From the NCBI GenBank assembly GCA_965203905.1, contig CBDBDQ010000005.1, forward strand, positions 1,088,001 to 1,152,000: a stretch of 64,000 nt of DNA, written 5' to 3'. The position numbers were made by a program, and so were the translations under genes. Below the pieces are notes generated by a model. That model ran no database searches. It worked only from the letters and a program-made list of their open reading frames with translations, and was not told where the DNA came from. Source of the DNA: Spirochaetia bacterium. Its GTDB lineage: Bacteria; Spirochaetota; Spirochaetia; SZUA-6; Bin103. Positions 60,780-64,000 of this stretch are shown piece by piece. The stretch's first letter is position 1. Each line of letters starts with the position of its first letter.

Positions 60780-61892
60780 TCAGTCCCCAGCCTCCGCGGC
60801 GCGGAGCACGTTGTGCAACGGCTCGATGACCGGCGCCGGCGACGCTTCAGGCAGGGTCACCGAACGCCGCTGCAGGGCGCTGCGGTAGGCGGCCAGCAGC
60901 ACCGCGTATTGCTCGGTCGCGCGCTCCAGCGCCAGTGGATGCCGGTAGTCCGGCTGCTCGATCCAGTGCAGCACCGAGCCCACCAGGGCCGCCTGCGCCG
61001 GCCCGTCCTGCTCCCAGTAGTCGTGCCTGCCGCGCTGCAGCCGGCCGTCGCACAGCGTCTCCCAGGACCACATGGTCCAGGTCGCGTGGCCGCGCTCGCC
61101 GTAGACGGCGATGCGCTTGTGCGCCCATACCTGCTCGCGGGCCGCGGGCGGCGCGTCGGCTTGGCGCGGGGCGCCGCTGCCGCAGCGCAGCACGGCGCGC
61201 AGGCCGCCGCTGAAGTCGATCGCCGCCAGCAGGTCGTCGGGGGCGTAGTGGGCGCGCGGCGTGGTCTGCAGGCCGTCCGTGCCGGCGGCCTGGGCCAGCA
61301 CCGCGGTCGGGCGCGCGGCGCCGGCGAAGGCGAACACCGCCTGCAGGCTGTGGGTCCCCTGGTAGGCGGCGTTCAGGCCGCTGCCGGCGTCGATCAGGCG
61401 CAGCTCGCCGAGGGCGCCGTCCGCAACCAGGCGCTGCAGGCGGCGGCGCGGGGCGTGGTAGTGGAGCTGGTGGTTGACCGCCACCTGCAGCGGGGAGCTG
61501 CGCGCAAAGGCGGCCAGCGCGGCGCAATCGGGACCGTCGATGGCGACCGGCTTCTCGACGATCGCCGCCGGCACACCGGCCGCGGCCACCTGCTCCAGCA
61601 CCTCCAGCCGCGCGTTCGGAGGGGTGTTGACGTGCACCAGGTCGGGCCGCTCGCGGGCCAGCATCTCGCGGTAGTCGTCGTAGCGCGCGGCGACGCCGTA
61701 GTCGGCGGCCAGCTTGTCGCGCGGCTCCGCGGTGCGCGCCGACACCGCCACCAGCCGGGCGCGCGCCTGGTAGCGGTAGGCCAGCGCGTGATGGCGCGCG
61801 CGCCCGCCACTGGCGCCGATGATCACGCTCCGATAGTCACCTCTCACAACCGCTACTGTAGCACACACCGCGCACCTTCCCCGGTTCCGCAT
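60780..61892 (-). CDS. Gfo/Idh/MocA family NAD(P)-dependent oxidoreductase
   Basis: Rossmann start SVIIGASG, YDDYREML, VEKP and AVNHQ. Start uncertain. Confidence 0.85.
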   Translation of the reverse strand: MRNRGRCAVCATVAVVRGDYRSVIIGASGGRARHHALAYRYQARARLVAVSARTAEPRDKLAADYGVAARYDDYREMLARERPDLVHVNTPPNARLEVLEQVAAAGVPAAIVEKPVAIDGPDCAALAAFARSSPLQVAVNHQLHYHAPRRRLQRLVADGALGELRLIDAGSGLNAAYQGTHSLQAVFAFAGAARPTAVLAQAAGTDGLQTTPRAHYAPDDLLAAIDFSGGLRAVLRCGSGAPRQADAPPAAREQVWAHKRIAVYGERGHATWTMWSWETLCDGRLQRGRHDYWEQDGPAQAALVGSVLHWIEQPDYRHPLALERATEQYAVLLAAYRSALQRRSVTLPEASPAPVIEPLHNVLRAAEAGD

Positions 61893-62039
61893 GAGCGGGC
61901 CACTTCAGCCTGCGGCCATCTCGACACGCCTCCGCGGTCCGGCACCGAGGCGGCGGCGGTCCCGACCCGCCGGCTCCCGCGGTTGCCGGCCGGCGGCGGC
62001 GCGCCGTAAGCTGCGCTGCAAGCAGGAGGCGGATACTTC

Positions 62040-62786
62040 ATGGGGGATTTCGAGGACAAGGTCGCGCTGATCACCGGCGGCGGCACCGGCATCGGGCGCG
62101 CAACGGCGCTGCAGCTCGCGGCGGAGGGGGCGGCGGTAGCGGTGAACTACTCGCGCTCGCAGCAGGAGGCCGAGGACACCGTGGCCGAGCTGCGCTCCGG
62201 CGGGGCGCGTGCCTGCGCGCTGAAGGCGGACGTGGCGGACGACGCCCAGGTGCGCGCCATGGTGGCCGCCGCGGTGGCGGAGCTCGGCGGCCTCGACATC
62301 CTGGTGAACAGCGCCGGCATTACCCGGGCGGTGCCGCTGCCCAATCTCGACGGCATCCGTGAGGAGGACTACCAGGACATCTTCGGCGTCAATTTCCTGG
62401 GGGTCCTGTTCTCCTGCCGCGCCGCGATACCGGAGATGAAGCGCCGCGGTGGCGGCCACATCGTCAACGTCGGTTCCATAGCCGGGCTCAACGGGCTGGG
62501 CAGCTCGCTGCTCTACTCCGCCAGCAAGGCGGCGGTGATGAACCTCACCCGCGGCATGGCGCACAGCCAGGCGCCCGCGGTGCAGGTGAACTGCGTGGTG
62601 CCCGGTCTGGTGGAGACGCGCTGGACCGCGACCGTGAGCGAGGAGTTCGCGCAGAGCAACCGCGACGCCACCCCGATGGGACGCGCCGCCAAGGCGGAAG
62701 ACGTGGCCACGGCGATCGTCGGCCTGCTGAAGAGCAGGTTCATCACCGGGGCCAGCCTGGTGGTGGACGGCGGCAGGACCATCTAA
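62040..62786 (+). CDS. Short-chain dehydrogenase/reductase
   Basis: TGGGTGIG, NSAG, YSASK and PG motifs. AGGAGG RBS. Confidence 0.93.
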   Translation: MGDFEDKVALITGGGTGIGRATALQLAAEGAAVAVNYSRSQQEAEDTVAELRSGGARACALKADVADDAQVRAMVAAAVAELGGLDILVNSAGITRAVPLPNLDGIREEDYQDIFGVNFLGVLFSCRAAIPEMKRRGGGHIVNVGSIAGLNGLGSSLLYSASKAAVMNLTRGMAHSQAPAVQVNCVVPGLVETRWTATVSEEFAQSNRDATPMGRAAKAEDVATAIVGLLKSRFITGASLVVDGGRTI

Positions 62787-62799
62787 GCGGCGCACGGGC

Positions 62800-64000
62800 A
62801 TGGACGGCATACCCTTCTACGGCAGGCTCAGGGAGGTGAACGTCAGCGACCTGGGCGCGGCGGTGCGCCTGGGCTGCGGCACCATGCAGAGCGTGTTCAA
62901 CGCCGACGACCGCGACATCCCCTTCTTCAGCTCCGAGGTGCGGCCGCGGGCCGAGCTCGGATTCAGCGCCGTGCACAGCGAGTCGCACGTTCCCGGCCGC
63001 CACCTCAACGCGCTGCTCAACGCCGAGGACGCGCTCGGCATCGAGCTCGACGAGAGCGCGGTGCGCAAGCACGCCGCGGCCGCCTACTTCTCGTTCAGCG
63101 GCGCGCTGCCGGTGCCGCTCAACCGGAGCCGGGTGGACGGACCGCTGGACAGCTTCGTGACCCACAACCTGCGCGAGGGCCTGCACGCGCTCTACGCCCT
63201 GGTCGCCTATCGCGGCGAGGAGCGCACCCACGACCTGGCCGAGGCGTGCATCGCGGCGCTGCTGGAGCTGTGGTCGCCGGAGCGGGGCTGGGACCGCGCA
63301 GGCTGTCTCGAGCGCGGCGTCGACCCCTCGGAGCTCACCTTCATCTACGGCATCCCACGGATGCTCGGGCCCCTGGTGAAGTACTACCGGGTGACCGCTT
63401 CTGCTCCCGCGCTCGAACTCGCGCTGCGCGTGTGCGAGCGCCTGCTGGTGGACGCCTTCGCCGCCGACGGCCGCTACCGGCCGCGGGTGCACGGCGGTCA
63501 CACCCACTCCACCACCTGCGTCATGTCATCCCTCGCCCAACTCGCCGAGCTGACCGGCGACAACGCGCTGCTGCAGCGCGTCAAGGCATTCTACGACCAT
63601 GGCCTGCCGGCAATCAGCGACTGGCTGGGATGGGTCATTGAAAACAGCGGCGCGGAGAGTCCGCCGGACCGCGGCGAGGTCAACAACACCGGCGACATCG
63701 TCGAGACCGCCCTGATCCTGGGCCGGGCCGGCTACCCGCAGTACCTGGAGGATGCCGAGCGCATCGTGCGCTGCCACATGCTGCCGTCCCAGCTCCGCGA
63801 CGTCGGCTTCATCGCCGAGCCGCCGAATCCGGATGGCGCGGACGGCCGCCGCAACCTCGCCGCGCGCCACCGGGGCGCATTCGGGTTCCCCGCTCCCTAC
63901 GGTCACGAACCGCTCGGCGTCGACCGGGTGAGCTTCAACATGGATATCGTGGGCGGGGCGGTGGGGTCGCTGTGCGAGGTGTACCGCGCCGCCACCACCC
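62800..64000 (+). CDS. Partial CDS, GH127/GH146-like (alpha/alpha)6 protein (runs off the window)
   Basis: Open frame from ATG 62800 (MDGIPFYGRL...) to the window end, with GHTHS and RGEVNNTGD...YLEDAERIVRCHMLPSQ. Absent from the ORF track because it has no stop. Confidence 0.7.
   Translation, partial: MDGIPFYGRLREVNVSDLGAAVRLGCGTMQSVFNADDRDIPFFSSEVRPRAELGFSAVHSESHVPGRHLNALLNAEDALGIELDESAVRKHAAAAYFSFSGALPVPLNRSRVDGPLDSFVTHNLREGLHALYALVAYRGEERTHDLAEACIAALLELWSPERGWDRAGCLERGVDPSELTFIYGIPRMLGPLVKYYRVTASAPALELALRVCERLLVDAFAADGRYRPRVHGGHTHSTTCVMSSLAQLAELTGDNALLQRVKAFYDHGLPAISDWLGWVIENSGAESPPDRGEVNNTGDIVETALILGRAGYPQYLEDAERIVRCHMLPSQLRDVGFIAEPPNPDGADGRRNLAARHRGAFGFPAPYGHEPLGVDRVSFNMDIVGGAVGSLCEVYRAATT

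Overview
High-GC bacterial chromosomal window, most likely a Spirochaetota genome. This is an inference from the tig-clpP-clpX-DUF151/UVR block, tRNA-Arg(UCG), the long-form GlyA and the 'AGG..E' signal peptide of the sugar-binding protein. There are three zones. (1) 1-14 kb is a defence-type island. It holds a type III-like restriction-modification operon in which a fused ABC-ATPase/TOPRIM (OLD/PARIS-like) gene is translationally coupled between mod and res, three HEPN-like genes (one frameshifted) and a decayed transposase-like gene. Part of it lies between two copies of a ~1.6 kb direct repeat (3' thrC + metallophosphoesterase, offset 5155 bp). (2) 14-43 kb is core genome: thr operon, polyprenyl synthase, rhomboid, OppA, a CarD with a histone-H1-like N-terminal tail, nth, clpX/clpP/tig, seven tRNAs, msrB, glyA, aroK, hisE/hisA and purSL/purQ. 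(3) 43-64 kb is a mosaic catabolic island. It holds an HNH endonuclease flanked by gene wrecks, three amidohydrolase-fold proteins with two small Rieske ferredoxins (probable dinuclear oxygenases), an internally collapsed copy of one amidohydrolase-Rieske module, a sugar ABC transporter, two (alpha/alpha)6 glycosidase-like proteins and two dehydrogenases, interrupted by an AAA-nuclease, a CcdA/TlpA pair and VapBC. The best candidates for an undescribed system are the RM-embedded ATPase-TOPRIM 'guard' and the oxygenase-plus-glycoside-uptake cluster. All assignments come from reading motifs by eye; no database searches were run.
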